A DNA stretch of 64,000 bases, filler included, from Alcyonidium flabelliforme (GCA_026167845.1; 42 parts of 42 records of this genome joined end to end with filler, not necessarily neighbours in it), one strand, 5' to 3'. Shown: positions 1-12,708, numbered from the whole stretch's first letter. Program-made: numbers and translations. The notes: generated by a model not told the origin, from the letters alone.

Positions 1-803
1 ACAACGCGTCCCAAAAATCTAACAACCGGGTCCCGAAAATGATGTTTGCTTATAGAAGGTATTTATTTGCCATGGGTGTACTAAGGGATCATCTCAAAAG
101 TTATCGCAATTACCCCAAATGTATAGCGTTTAATATAGGGGGCAGGGGGTAAAATCCACCTACGTTTATGGGTTAGTGCGAAATGAAAAAATCATGCCTA
201 GTATATACGATATTTATTAAAAATCATTCCTTAGTAAATATAGAAGTTTTAGCTTCTAATTATTCTACCACTCCATGAACATTCATACAAGTGTGCAAAA
301 ATGTACGAAATAGGTGGAAGAGAAAGGACAGAGAAATACCTGCATCAAACGGCTAAACCATGCCCCGGGTACCATCCAGTTTTAACTTTACAGCATAGGG
401 ATACGACAGTCGTAAAGCGGGATGACTTATTTACGTCACTGCAGTGCAGACGACACACAAGATGTCCATACAACTGACGTTGTTTGGTACTGTGGCACCA
501 GAAACCAGATCTATTTACAAACGTCAGCCTTTAACCAGGTACCAGACGTTTGTAAATAGCTTTGTGTCAAAACATACAAGTTTATCGGTAGAGGTAAATA
601 TTTTTTAAATAGAATTTATCGATGATTTCGCTCTTGAAATTGGTTGTCAGATTTTATACACGTGAACAAGTTATTAAACGTAATAATAATAATAAAGGAT
701 CAAAGGGTGCATAAAACTACAAAAGTATAATTGTGAAATGGAAATAAATGTGAACAAGCTTTTATAATTATTAAACATATAAATGTTTTCATTTTTGTTA
801 TAG

Positions 804-1024
804 GTGCCATACGTGAAGACTGTGAGGAAGGGTGTAGTGTTGTTTTATCTTCTGCAAATGCCACCAGCCGTCACAAGATTTTATGCCACTACAGCAAAAG
901 GACAGAAAAAAGATCTTTAGAAAAAACATTTATGTGCCACATATGTCATCATGTAGCAGCATCGGCTTATTATCTCAGACAGTATAAAGAAAGAACCGGC
1001 CATAAACGCCAAAGGATCAACTAA
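804..1024 (+). CDS. Terminal exon with two C2H2-like zinc fingers, probably a transposon-derived gene remnant
   Basis: Splice acceptor ttttgttatag ends at 803; translation CEEGCSVVLSSANATSRHKILCH...FMCHICHHVAASAYYLRQYKERTGH, stop at 1022-1024. Confidence 0.5.
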
Positions 1025-1047
1025 CTTTTGTTACAAAATAATATATA

Positions 1048-1433
1048 CCCGGGGGGGTACTCAAGGTATTTTTTGGTGGGGGTGTGCAGCCCAGTTGAAA
1101 ATTTTGGATTTGGATTGTATACTTCTTACTGTATTTTTTTGGATTGCTACCGTAAAGAAATTCAAAAATTTGGATTGCTACCCACTGCTTACAGCAAATA
1201 ATTTGGATTAATTTTAGGTTTGTATTCATAATTCCATAAATAAATTTTGGAATTTGGTTTGTATCAGTCAGTTTGCATAAAAATGGATTGCTATACTCAA
1301 ATATTTTAAAATTTTGGATTGCTACCCTAACATTTCCAAAAATTTGGATTGCCGGGTTTACTACAAGCTAAAATTTTGGATTGGGTTCCGCGGCACATCC
1401 CCGTAGTCAAAAAACCTTGAGTACCCCCCCGGG
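1048..1433. mobile_element. MITE with CCCGGGGGGGTACTCAAGGT terminal inverted repeats and internal (AAA)TTTTGGATTG repeats
   Basis: Left CCCGGGGGGGTACTCAAGGT, right ACCTTGAGTACCCCCCCGGG; many TTTGGATTG motifs inside; partial inverted copy at 51032-51167. Confidence 0.85.
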
Positions 1434-1517
1434 GAATCCGCTATATATAATATAGATAGACGTGAGGAAGGAATCTGCTATACATAATATATATATAGGT
1501 AGTTGTGAGGGAATCCG

Positions 1518-1617
1518 NNNNNNNNNNNNNNNNNNNNNNNNNNNNNNNNNNNNNNNNNNNNTTAATTAATTAANNNNNNNNNNNNNNNNNNNNNNNNNNN
1601 NNNNNNNNNNNNNNNNN
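1518..1617. other. Artificial contig spacer N44-TTAATTAATTAA-N44; the same spacer recurs about every 1.5 kb through the window
   Basis: Identical 100-bp spacer with stop codons in all six frames between contigs of steadily decreasing length. Confidence 0.98.
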
Positions 1618-1764
1618 TTGAGGAGATTAAAATCTCCTCAAAAGCATCAAGAGTATTAGGACTACTAGGCAGAAATTTATCACATAAAGTCAAGAATCTT
1701 GCATACAATACTCTCATCCAACCACAATTAGAATTAGTCATGCAAGTATGACCCTTACTATGGA

Positions 1765-2441
1765 CAGCCTTACGGCTTGTCCGTAAGGGTTATGACTGGC
1801 TCGTATCTCAGATAGGCCGAAGTTCGAAAACACTTACTTCCCTATTAAATTCCACCAAAATGTTTGCTTCTGCCTATTCCTTGACTACTCCGCTTCTTAT
1901 AATCCCGTATTCAAATTACTTAATCAATGATTCAACAGCACATCAGCATAAAATCCAAAATGCGCTCTTGATCAAAACAAAATGATGCAGCCATCATTCA
2001 CATGACGTCATGAATGTCAAGGTTATTTGACAGACATTGGTATCGATAATAATCGTACAAGAAACCGAATGTGAGAAGTTATTAGTGATACATTAATCTT
2101 CCGACAGGTAGCGCTTCAGACTTTTGCATTACTTCTCGTTGTACTGAAAACATTTTACGTCATTCGTTCAGCGCCTGCGCACTAGTTCACTTCTTCAATG
2201 TTTTCGGCAGATGATGGATGTTCAAGAGTGCATTTTGGATTTTATGCTAGTGTGCCGCGTTGAATTATTGATTAAGTTATCTAGATACGGTGGTATAAGA
2301 AGCGGAATAGTTATTAGGAATAGACAGAAGCAAAAATTTGGGTGGAATTCATTTATTTAATTAAGAAAGTAAGTGTTTTCAAACTTCGGCTGGCTTGAGA
2401 TATGAGGTGGCCATGCCCCTACGGACAAGCCATAGGCTATC
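1765..2441. mobile_element. Non-autonomous element with about 200-bp imperfect terminal inverted repeats
   Basis: 1769-1972 is an imperfect reverse complement of 2219-2437 (GGCTTGTCCGTA/TACGGACAAGCC; CAGCATAAAATCCAAAATGCGCTCTTGA/TCAAGAGTGCATTTTGGATTTTATGCTA). Confidence 0.8.
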
Positions 2442-2868
2442 CATAGCACAGGGGCCTGGAGCTTTAAAAAATATAAAACGAATAAAAAATATGAATTGAA
2501 TGAAATAAATATATTTCCACTTCTGTCATTCACACTTATCACCAAATGGTCAAAAACCCTGCAAAAATGCAAAAAAAACTCATAGAAATGATCAATATAG
2601 CTCCTGTGTACTATACTATATAGAACACTATCAAGGGGTGACACGAGAATTGAAAATTTCATGGTTCAGTTTTTAAAAAGATCAATTTTTTGCCAATCAG
2701 CGCAGTTCCCACAAGAAACTAACCAGAACAACTCTTAACATCTTAAACTAGCTTAAAAGAAAATTTCCGTCCACGTACCTCCGCAGACGTATGCAATATT
2801 TAACAACGAACTCATAAATTGTCCCGAAGACGTTAATCGTCGAGGAAATTGACCTTCCCCTGTAACTA

Positions 2869-3111
2869 GGTCACCGGAAACAGTACCAAAACCCACCGAA
2901 AATCTATGCGAAAGTTGTGTGTATTACTAGCCGATTATCAATAAAACTTTGCTTGATTTCTAAATTTTGAGTTCACTTTAATTCATGTACGTATAATAAC
3001 TTATCAAGACCTGCAACAAATGCTTGAGCTGAGATTTCGAAATTTCTGCCTATAAGCATTTGTTTAATCAACAACGATTTTCGGTAGGAATTGGTACTGC
3101 TTCCGGTGACC
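2869..3111. mobile_element. Small MITE with about 36-bp imperfect TIRs, TA-flanked
   Basis: TA-GGTCACCGGAAACAGTACCAAAACCCACCGAAAATC ... GATTTTCGGTAGGAATTGGTACTGCTTCCGGTGACC-TA. Confidence 0.75.
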
Positions 3112-4832
3112 TAAGTAGGGTGGAGANNNNNNNNNNNNNNNNNNNNNNNNNNNNNNNNNNNNNNNNNNNNTTAATTAATTAANNNNNNNNNNNNNNNNNN
3201 NNNNNNNNNNNNNNNNNNNNNNNNNNATGCATCAAATACTACCTCAGTAGTGTTAGTATGCTATTCTGTACAATTTGTTGGTTTGTATTGTACAAAAACA
3301 TAATTATTCTTCTACTTTTATGTCCAAGATTTAGGGATCAACCACTTATCTTTCCTCACGGTCTTTCCTGGCCTATATCAACTAAACAATGATAAACATG
3401 TATTGTACCATGCAAAGAATTTATTGAAGGTGATAGTACAGTTTAAAAAATTACTAAAAACAGCAGTTATACAAGATAAATCGGTGAGGCATCTCGCACT
3501 GTCCCAGGCAAAACAACTGTTTTTCCAATGGTGGCCGATGTTGTGTTCACGCAGAATTCAACGTCACAGCCGAAAGCGAGGCTTCGATCTAAAGTAAATA
3601 AATCCCCACTATAGAGCGCTTCCTGTTGTGGTGTGATTTACCGTGCGGTCAGAATGTATTTGTTCGACATGACGGATAGGTTTGCGATGTTTTTTTTGCA
3701 ATCGATACATGTGCAAGTACACCTTTAAAGCCGCTTTTTCGGCCACTTATACATCTTTCCAAAACATGGAAAACAAGACAGATCTACTCCATGTTTTCAC
3801 ATATCATACTTGAACACTCTATTTAAACTTTTCAATCATAAAAAGTGCGGCTTTTATCGTACACCCGAAGTGCGTTCAAAAGCAATCTGTACGCGTACAG
3901 TTCGCGTACAGTTCGCGTGCATTTGCGTTCAAGAGCAATCAGCACGCGTGTAGCACGCGTACACACGCGTACATTCTCTTGAGGTTGTTCGCCTAAAAAC
4001 CAAGATGGTGGACAATAACCCGGAAATGAGTAAACGGTCGATGTTTTTGTTTTTTGAGCTTCGTTTCAACAAATTTGGATACTATTTTGTATGAAAATTG
4101 AGTAAACAATGATTTTGAATAAATATACGGTCAATTCATTAAAAAAAATGTTTTTTTATTTAGATATGCCACTCGAAGGGTCATTACGTCATTCAGTCCC
4201 CGAGATGAGTGCCCACACAATTTACCTTGCCGTTAACCTTACTGCCGTGGGCGCCAAGGTGGATGTTTGACTATTTCGAGGTCTCGCAAATATCACCACT
4301 GGAATGTGACCCATTGTTCGAAGTTAATATGCGTCTATACGCAAGCCGCCGATCAAAGGCCGGATTTATGACAGATAATTACCCCGCTTAACTTACTCGG
4401 GCTGACTCGGTCTGCCTGATTAACATCAAAGTCAAATTTGACCACAAAGTTATGTAACTGGGGTATGTGAGGTGATTTTTGAGACCTCGGCGTTATTGGA
4501 TTCTCATCTGAGGGATCAAATGCCGTAATGTTTCCTTTCCTTTCAATGACACAATCTAGAGGGCGCCACTATTTGTCCACACTTTTCAAAAGTGAACGCG
4601 CATTCGGGTCTCCCTTTGCTAGAGAGAAGCTAATTCGGATGTTTGCTATTGTTTTTAGTTTTAAGGACTTATGCATGAGAAATGTGTTGTTAGGGCTTTT
4701 AAGTATTGTGAAGAAAAAGGCAGTCAACTAAANNNNNNNNNNNNNNNNNNNNNNNNNNNNNNNNNNNNNNNNNNNNTTAATTAATTAANNNNNNNNNNNN
4801 NNNNNNNNNNNNNNNNNNNNNNNNNNNNNNNN

Positions 4833-6333
4833 TTTCAGCCAAAAAATGAAAATTCTGATTTTTGCACCCCTCATTCCCGTGGGCCCATACCACGTCAGTT
4901 TAGGTTGAAATCACTTAAAAATTCACATGTATGCTCGACAGACATTGTGTTACTTAAAAAATCCAAATTCATGCCAGTATTGAACACTTCACTTTGGCAC
5001 CTATTACCTTTAAGGGGGCAGGGACATGTAGTTTCCTGCTCGCTTGATTCTGGACCACCCTAATCACTTTCAATGAGACTTTTCCAAACAACTGGCACCA
5101 GACTGAAAATAAAATCAATATTGTCACATTCTACACATATCAGATAAGTATTTTGAACAAAAAAATCCAGTCCTAATTACAACCCTTTTAATCGTGGGCC
5201 GGCATAACGAAGCAGGCCATTGTCCAAAAAAAGGGTAATTTGGGGAGTTTTCTCCCCTTTATATATCAAAATCGAGAAAAAATTGAAACTTTTCTTTAAG
5301 CACTACACAAAGCTTTTTCATTAGGCACTCGAATAAGGTTAGAATCAGCATAACATAGCCGCTTCGATTTCCTAGGAATTGAGCCTGTCCGAGGGGTACC
5401 CCAAAAGACTGTGAACAGGCACCGATTTGCCACAATTACAGACAAGCCATGTTCTCTAAGGTTGTAAGCTAACAAGTGTATTTATGACATCAATGGCCAA
5501 GAATTGTACATTTTGTGAAAAAAAAACAACATCAAAACACAATACTATCACCAGCAATTATTTTCAGGCCCAAATCAGGACCCGGAGCCATTTTACAAAA
5601 ATCAGCCTTGGAACCCGCCATTGTCCGAGTCGTCTCCCCCTTCAGATATCAAAATCGAGAAAGAATTGAAAGTTTTCTTAAGACATCCCAAGAAGCTTTC
5701 ACATGTGCCAATCAAATGGGCCAGTTTCAACAAATGATAACCGGTTACATTTCTCAAGAATCAAACTTGCCTGACCAGCCACCCCGGGAACCTGTTCAAA
5801 ATGTGTTGATTTCTGTCAAATGGAGCTAGTCTGAATTTTGCAGCCATCCCGGGATCAAAAAGGTCAAAGACCAAGATTTTTTCATTTTTCTATTCAGAAC
5901 AGAGTCTACTACCAAAAAACGTTCCGTTGAAATTACAGGCAATAATTGTGGGTCTGATATCTGCCCGCAAACTTGGGATTTGTCTACTACTTTCAAACAG
6001 AGACCCCAGCAATCCGAACTGGCGGCTACCTTACATGTCCCTAACTCCTTAAAGAGCAATGTTTTTTTTTGGTAAAATTCAATTCTGCTATTTTCTGCAT
6101 TTTCATTCTATTTGGAATTGAAATGAGTACTTCAACCTGGCCAACTATGAATTTTAAGTGTTTCTATAGCCCGTTCAAAAATCGGTGTCACTCTGTGATT
6201 TTAGAGCAATTTCAGCCAAAAAAATTAAAATTCTGATTTTTGCACCCCTCATTCCCGTGGGCCCATACCACGTCAGGGTAGGTTGAAATCACTTAAAAAT
6301 TCACATGTATGCTCGACAGACATTGTGTTACTT
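4833..6333. repeat. One unit of a roughly 1377-bp tandem (macrosatellite-like) repeat
   Basis: The first ~120 bp of the contig (from 4833) recur at 6210-6333 with only a few substitutions; no credible ORF. Confidence 0.75.
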
Positions 6334-6809
6334 NNNNNNNNNNNNNNNNNNNNNNNNNNNNNNNNNNNNNNNNNNNNTTAATTAATTAANNNNNNNNNNN
6401 NNNNNNNNNNNNNNNNNNNNNNNNNNNNNNNNNACAGGCAGCGAAACAGGGGGTACATGCAGCTTGGGCTCCTGATAGGAACCTTGCGGGTCGTGAGACC
6501 CGACCGCGTCCGCCCTCGCTGAGGGTCGGAGCTCGACTGTGCCCGCCCTCGCTGAGGGTCGGCACTCCGTATAAGGACGGTCTCCTGAATCCTGGTAGGA
6601 TCCTGCCGAGTCGCACGACGACGACCATGGATGGTAGACGTCGGACTCGACCCTCCCGGAGGAGGGCATCTGGGTCGGTTTTCTCGGCCCACTCCGGAGC
6701 TCTGGATGCGGAACGAGGGGCGCTTTCGCGTCCGCCGCTTGGCTTTGCGTATCGTTGTCACGGTACGACGTCGCCACGTCGTACCGTCGTCCACCGGAGG
6801 TCGAACTCC

Positions 6810-7853
6810 CTACCTCCGGGGACCTTGGCCGTTTCCCTGGCTAGGGAAATTGCCATACCCTCGTCCACCGGGCGCGGCATTTCCCCGCACGGGGAAATTT
6901 CCCCTTCCGACGGAAGGAGTGCCGCCCCGCGAGGGGAAGCCACGACCCTGTGAAGGGTTGTTAGGGCAGGTCCGGCGAAAGTGCCCAGGTCGGCCACACT
7001 GCCAACAAGTCACCTCGCCCTGCAGAGGTGAAGGAGGGACCGGCCACGTCTGGCCGGAGGCTCCTTCGACTGACGCCAACCTACCCTCCAGCCGTGCTAG
7101 TGCTGCGAGGATGGCTTCGGTTGCCACCGAGCCAGAAGGATGAGGACTGGAGACGACCTCGACCTTTACAGTCTCGGTCGGCTCCTCCACTGATCGGACG
7201 GTAGTCCTGATTGGTGGTTGTCCCTTCCCCTCTGCCTCAGCTTGGACGAAAGCCTCGGTCGATGCAATCACTGCGTCCAACGAACTTGGACGTACAGACA
7301 CCATGAATGACCGGAGACCCGGAATATTCATGGACCCCATGAAGACGACCTGAGAGTAGTCGTCTCGCTGGGCAACGGCCCAATTGGGGTAGGCTATGCG
7401 GACCAGTTGCCTGATCCGCATACCGTGCTCCCCCGCGCCATGCGCTGGGACGCGCCGCAGGCTCTGCAGCTTGGCTTGCGCGCTTTCGCGCGTAAGCCCG
7501 AACCTGGACTGAAGGCTCGCGCAGAGACTGGCGTAAGTCTCAAACCCGCAAACACTGCGGGTGGCTTCCCCTTCCAGGGAAGACCTGAGGTGAAGGAGGC
7601 ATTCCTTCACTGCCCACCCGTTGACGTCTGCCACGTCAGCGAACGACAGGAGAAATGCCTCCACATCCCCGGTTCCGTCGAACCGAGGCGGTCGTATCGA
7701 CGTACGACCTTTCGTCGAAGCAGCCACCATCTCCCTAAAAGCCATGGTCAGGTCGCCCACCAACTGGTCTGTTCCCCCAGTCGCATTCCGTGGCGCACCT
7801 TGTCTTGGCTCTAGGAAGTCGATGTCCGAATCGACCCTCCGCCTCCGCTGCAT
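6810..7853 (-). CDS. gag: Ty3/Gypsy LTR retrotransposon Gag with CCHC zinc knuckle
   Basis: IRPPRFDGTGDVEAFLLSFADVADVNGW capsid-type N-terminus; CWQCGRPGHFRRTC knuckle; RG-rich tail. Confidence 0.9.
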   Translation of the reverse strand: MQRRRRVDSDIDFLEPRQGAPRNATGGTDQLVGDLTMAFREMVAASTKGRTSIRPPRFDGTGDVEAFLLSFADVADVNGWAVKECLLHLRSSLEGEATRSVCGFETYASLCASLQSRFGLTRESAQAKLQSLRRVPAHGAGEHGMRIRQLVRIAYPNWAVAQRDDYSQVVFMGSMNIPGLRSFMVSVRPSSLDAVIASTEAFVQAEAEGKGQPPIRTTVRSVEEPTETVKVEVVSSPHPSGSVATEAILAALARLEGRLASVEGASGQTWPVPPSPLQGEVTCWQCGRPGHFRRTCPNNPSQGRGFPSRGGTPSVGRGNFPVRGNAAPGGRGYGNFPSQGNGQGPRR

Positions 7854-8671
7854 GCGTTGTGACGCCCGAACGGGGGTCGTGCTCGCAATATGGAAGGTAC
7901 TACCATCCGGCTCGTACTCGGAGCCTTGCTCCGNNNNNNNNNNNNNNNNNNNNNNNNNNNNNNNNNNNNNNNNNNNNTTAATTAATTAANNNNNNNNNNN
8001 NNNNNNNNNNNNNNNNNNNNNNNNNNNNNNNNNGTGAGCCATGTCTTCATATACCTGCATATAAATGTAAATATAATTATCCTTCAATTGGAAACAAGCA
8101 AAAACAAAGATCAGATCACATGTCAATTCTGGTGAGGAATTGAGTAAATATAAATATAGATAAAAATATTTCCAACAGACTCGGTCTTGTGTAGGTAATG
8201 CAATTCCATGATTGCTGTTTGTTAAGTTATGTGATGTACAACTCTTAAGATATTAAATTTGTGTCCATCCAGCTTACCTCTGTGAAAGTCCTGTGGTGGG
8301 CAACTCTTCACATACCCAGTAATCTGTGTAAACTTTGTTTCAAGTTGTGTTTCAACTCTCCATGTACCCAGTAGTATATATTCATAATTTATATATTTAA
8401 GTTTTTTTTTTGTTAACTTGTAAGGTTTTATACGTTCAGCACTTGCTGGATTACTTGGTGGTTAAAAGAAGCTAATATAAACCTATGTGAGATGCCAAAT
8501 TGTGAAATTTATGGCTGCAGATTGTAACTTGTATTCAGTTTGACATAGTCAGCAGTATACAACCATTCTTCAATATTACTATACGTTGTTTTACAATCAC
8601 ACTATATTGAAAAGACATAGTTTATTCAAAGCATGTGCAAGTTTCATAAAACATATATGACAAGTAGTTCA

Positions 8672-8954
8672 GCTGAAAGGGTCATTGTCGTAAGGGGTAC
8701 TACAGAAGTGTACCCGGCGGACAATTTCCACAAGGTGGTAAACTTCTAGACCCATTTATAGGAAATCATAAATCTTTTACAAAACTCCGTGACCGGAACT
8801 CTCGCTCTTATATGCGATATTTCCCTTTTCCGGTCACGAAGTTTTGTAAAAGATTTATGATTTCCTATAAATGGGTCTAGAAGTTTACCGCCTTGCGGAA
8901 ATTGTCCGCCGGGTACACTTCTGTAGTATCCCTTACGACAATGACCCTTTCAGC
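8672..8954. mobile_element. Foldback/MITE: 127-bp inverted arms around a 29-bp spacer
   Basis: 8672-8798 is the reverse complement of 8828-8954, with 4 mismatches counted by eye. Confidence 0.92.
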
Positions 8955-9627
8955 ACTAGTATATATGTAGGTATAAACAAGTAACCATGTGCAAAGCAGA
9001 AGCACCCAACGAGGCTAATTTTTTATGGCTTTATATAGCAAACCAGCATATTTTTTTTACATGTTTCATGCTTAGATAAACCATTTGGTAATGTAGCTTG
9101 GAAGGCCATCTCTGTTCCCCACTCACCAGCAAGCTGATTTTTTTTTAATTCACCAGCCAGCTAAAAATGCAGGGGAACTCTATCTGCCAGCTGAAATTTG
9201 CAAAAAAGATGTTGTTTTATGGGGTTTCGCGCTTAAATAAATCATTTAGTGGTGTTGATGTGGAGAATCAGATCTGTTCCCCATTACCAGCTGGATGAAC
9301 TGTTTAAGGTTTGCCAGCCAGCCAGACTCGTCTGGGGAACAGATATTATGGGGAACAGACTCGGCGGGTGCTTCCGTTATAGATGCTATATTAAGTTTAT
9401 TTGTAGTTTTCAAAAGAGGAAGTTCAAAAATATTTGTACTATATATTTGGTTAGGAAAACAAAAATATTTGTACTATATATTTGGTTAGGAAAATATGAA
9501 CATTCGTAAATACTGTTTTAGTTTATANNNNNNNNNNNNNNNNNNNNNNNNNNNNNNNNNNNNNNNNNNNNTTAATTAATTAANNNNNNNNNNNNNNNNN
9601 NNNNNNNNNNNNNNNNNNNNNNNNNNN

Positions 9628-11034
9628 AGGTGTGGTCTTTCAGTGGACTTGTAGATATCAGCTCGTCGCTCTATACCTTGTGTGATATCCCGGTTGCGGT
9701 AGTAGTCGTGCATTTGGGCATTGAGAAGAAAAAGCATTTTCAGGCCAATCAAAAGCTGCCGATATTCCGCGCAGACCATGGGCTCGACAACACATTGCGT
9801 GGTATCGAGATGGCATTTGGTAGAACCTGCCGTATGATAAGCCAGTTGGAGGTTACTGAATACATCGGCTCCACGGTGTGTGCGACCATAGATTATGAGT
9901 ACGATTGCTTTCAGTGAAGTGGGTGATGGTTCAAACGGTGGGTCGTTGGTCAACAAACAGTCCCAGGCGGCTTTCTCGTACAACGTCGACAGACGGTCAG
10001 AACAACAGCCCCTCTCGGGATCTTCTTCTGCACGGCAAGATAGTGCTAGGACTGCAAAAAGCAGGGATAGCCAGGATTTAGGCGTGACGTTAGGATTGCG
10101 GCAGAATACCTCGTACTCAGCTTTGAAGCTGGTGGCATTGATGACAAAATAGCTACCTTGTTGTTAGTAATCAACCTCAAAATGTCTGGTAGACCAACTT
10201 TACCGTGGAAATAGATTCAAAGTATCTTTCTATTAAGCAATCGATCATCTGGCAGTTTGGGAGGACGTCAAGTAGTTCCCCATGTGAAGAGCAGCCTATC
10301 AATGAAGCTGGATGAGCCCCCTTGTCTGAATCACTGCCATCCAGACTTGGGCTTTTGCTCAAGTCTGACAGGGGATTCCCATTGCTAATTGTGGAAAACG
10401 ACTCGCTACAGCCGAGTGATTCGCTGCGACATACTTGTCTCGTGTCGAGAGCAGTAAGCGTGTTGGGTGACGGCCAATTCTCGGGCCTTTCGTCGGGGGT
10501 GCTCCCCGGTTGTTGGATTGCCTCCTCCATAACAGCATTTCGCGGTAACTCGCCATCTCCCTTGTATTGATTTTGAGTTGTATGTATTCCCGTCTCTCCG
10601 GGATGATCTTCTGTCGTTTTCATAAACTCGCACGTACTTTCAGTCCCTCGGGTAGTACATGTTCCACAAGGAGGCCCTCCGCCAGTGCAACGAATTTTCC
10701 GTAAGCGACACGGTAGGCAGGCCCATGTGCGTCTTTTTCTTGGACGAACCTCCTTGTGAGATTCCAGATCGAATGCGCAGACTTCTCTTCCCTCCGCAAC
10801 GCAGTTCTCGCAAGGTGGTCCACCCTTACAAAGCGATTTTTCCATGCAGCATGGGAGGCATGCATTGCAGTCAGGCCTGGTTTCCGGCGCAACAAGTTTC
10901 TTGCTGGACGGAGTGTGCACAAATTCACAATTTTCCTTTCTAAGTCGAACACAATTCTCACACGGAGGTCCCCCAATGCAGCGAGTTCTGGTTTTGCGAC
11001 AAGACTGGCATGCTGTACGAGCGCGAGTTCGCAC
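9628..11034 (-). CDS. Fungal Zn(II)2Cys6 transcription factor with three binuclear clusters and a downstream fungal TF middle-homology exon (3' partial)
   Basis: Three CxxCx6Cx5-6CxxCx7-8C motifs; ~50-nt intron near 10153-10203 with TACTAAC branch site; exon 2 YFVINATSFKAEYEVFCRNPNVTPKSWLSLLFAVLALS continues into ORF 9576-9983. Confidence 0.9.
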
Positions 11035-11218
11035 GGCAGATCATTATCGCTATACCGAAACGTTAGAAATGAATGCTGCCACTCGTTTGACGCTAAATAA
11101 GATAGCCGTTTAATACTCNNNNNNNNNNNNNNNNNNNNNNNNNNNNNNNNNNNNNNNNNNNNTTAATTAATTAANNNNNNNNNNNNNNNNNNNNNNNNNN
11201 NNNNNNNNNNNNNNNNNN

Positions 11219-12708
11219 ACGTCCCCCGAGACCGAATCCTCTACCGAAACCGAAGATAAAGATAATACGTGTGAGACCGGACGTTCTATAGGGTAATAAT
11301 AGTGCTAGCGAGGGATCTAGATAGGCGTATAGAGCTAGACAAATAGAGATATAGGATAAGTAGGATATATAGAGAGGAAGGCTAGTAGTGTCGAAGGTTA
11401 TTACTAAGCAAAGCACTCCCTTTATTTATAATAGTAAGCCGCTTTATATTAAAGACGTCGATATCCCTTAGTCCTATAAGTAAGCTCTAAAGTCTAAATT
11501 TATAGATAGATAGTAAGCTACTATAGAGAGTTAGATTAATAATCTCTATATAAAAGACACTTTCGATATTATTCGAAGACCGCTAGGAATCACTCCGCTT
11601 CTAAGCTAATAGGTATATAATCTTAAAGTCACTAAAGATAATAAGGTGTATAGTTTTAAAGTAAGATAGGTAGTGTGCGGGAACTTCTAGATAAAGAAGG
11701 AAGACTCTATTTTCTACGTACCTGTCGTCTAAAATATACTTATTAAGATTATTTTCACTATTATTATATAACGGAATTATAAATAGAAGCAATTTGATAT
11801 AGTTATAGTATATCTAAATATATTATAAGATAATTAGGAGATAGTCTATATATTTTAACCCCTTAGTTTCGAGTACTATAAACCGGATAGTAGAATCAAA
11901 GGCTAGGTTTATTAATTAAAATAGGCTCTATACGGACTTCGTGATTTAGCAGCTTTATAGAATAAAGAGCTAGATACTAGATTAAATAAGATTGATTTTT
12001 ACGCACTCGACGACGATCCTTATATATATATAAAAGGTCAAGGCGTAATAGTATAGTTTTTACTAGTTTATATAGATAATTTCATTACTACCGCACTAAC
12101 AGATACGGAAGTGTAGCAGATTTACCACTAGACGAAGGAGCAGTTCGAAATCAAAGACATAGGAGAGCCTTCACGCTTTCTCGGTAGCGCTATTTCTCAG
12201 GACTATAGTAAGAAGACTATTATAATATCTTAGAAAGCTTATACCCTAGAAGCGCTACGTCTTATAGAAATATAGTTATACACACTAACCCCTATCCCGC
12301 TATTACTAAGCCGGAAATAGGAGGTTAATAATAATAACCCGGAGAGCCGTTTATACGATAAAGAACATATATTATATAGATCTCTTATTAGAAGACTAAA
12401 CTAGCTCACTATAGAGATAAGACCGGATATTAAGTTTACGGTTATAAAATTATAACACCGTTCTATAACTCCCACTACTAATAATATATAAGCTATCCGA
12501 TAGGTCTATAGATACCTAAAAGGGACAATAGAGCTTTATATAACGCTTAGAAGAATCTAGGATATAACTTTCTTTGTATATATAGACGCCTTATATAGAG
12601 ACTAGCCTAATACGAAGTCTATAGAGGGGGCTATCTAGTTCTTCGGCGGTACACCAATTAGGTAGTATTTAAGGAAGTAGACAATTATAGCACTATCTTC
12701 GATAGTAG
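11219..12708 (+). pseudogene. Ty1/Copia reverse transcriptase region destroyed by fungal RIP mutation
   Basis: Relict motifs KARWVVCGNF, QFD..T.YLN, ALYGLRD, LVY(I)D(N)F, FEIKDIGEPSRFLG and RPDI with many TAG/TAA stops; CpA/TpG nearly absent, TpA in excess. Confidence 0.85.

Noticed and set aside
1562..1573. Regularly spaced TTAATTAATTAA repeats resembling a CRISPR or iteron array
   Set aside because: Always embedded in N runs; a synthetic assembly linker.
6378..7989. Many overlapping ORFs around gag
   Set aside because: Shadow frames of GC-rich sequence; only the gag frame has recognisable motifs.
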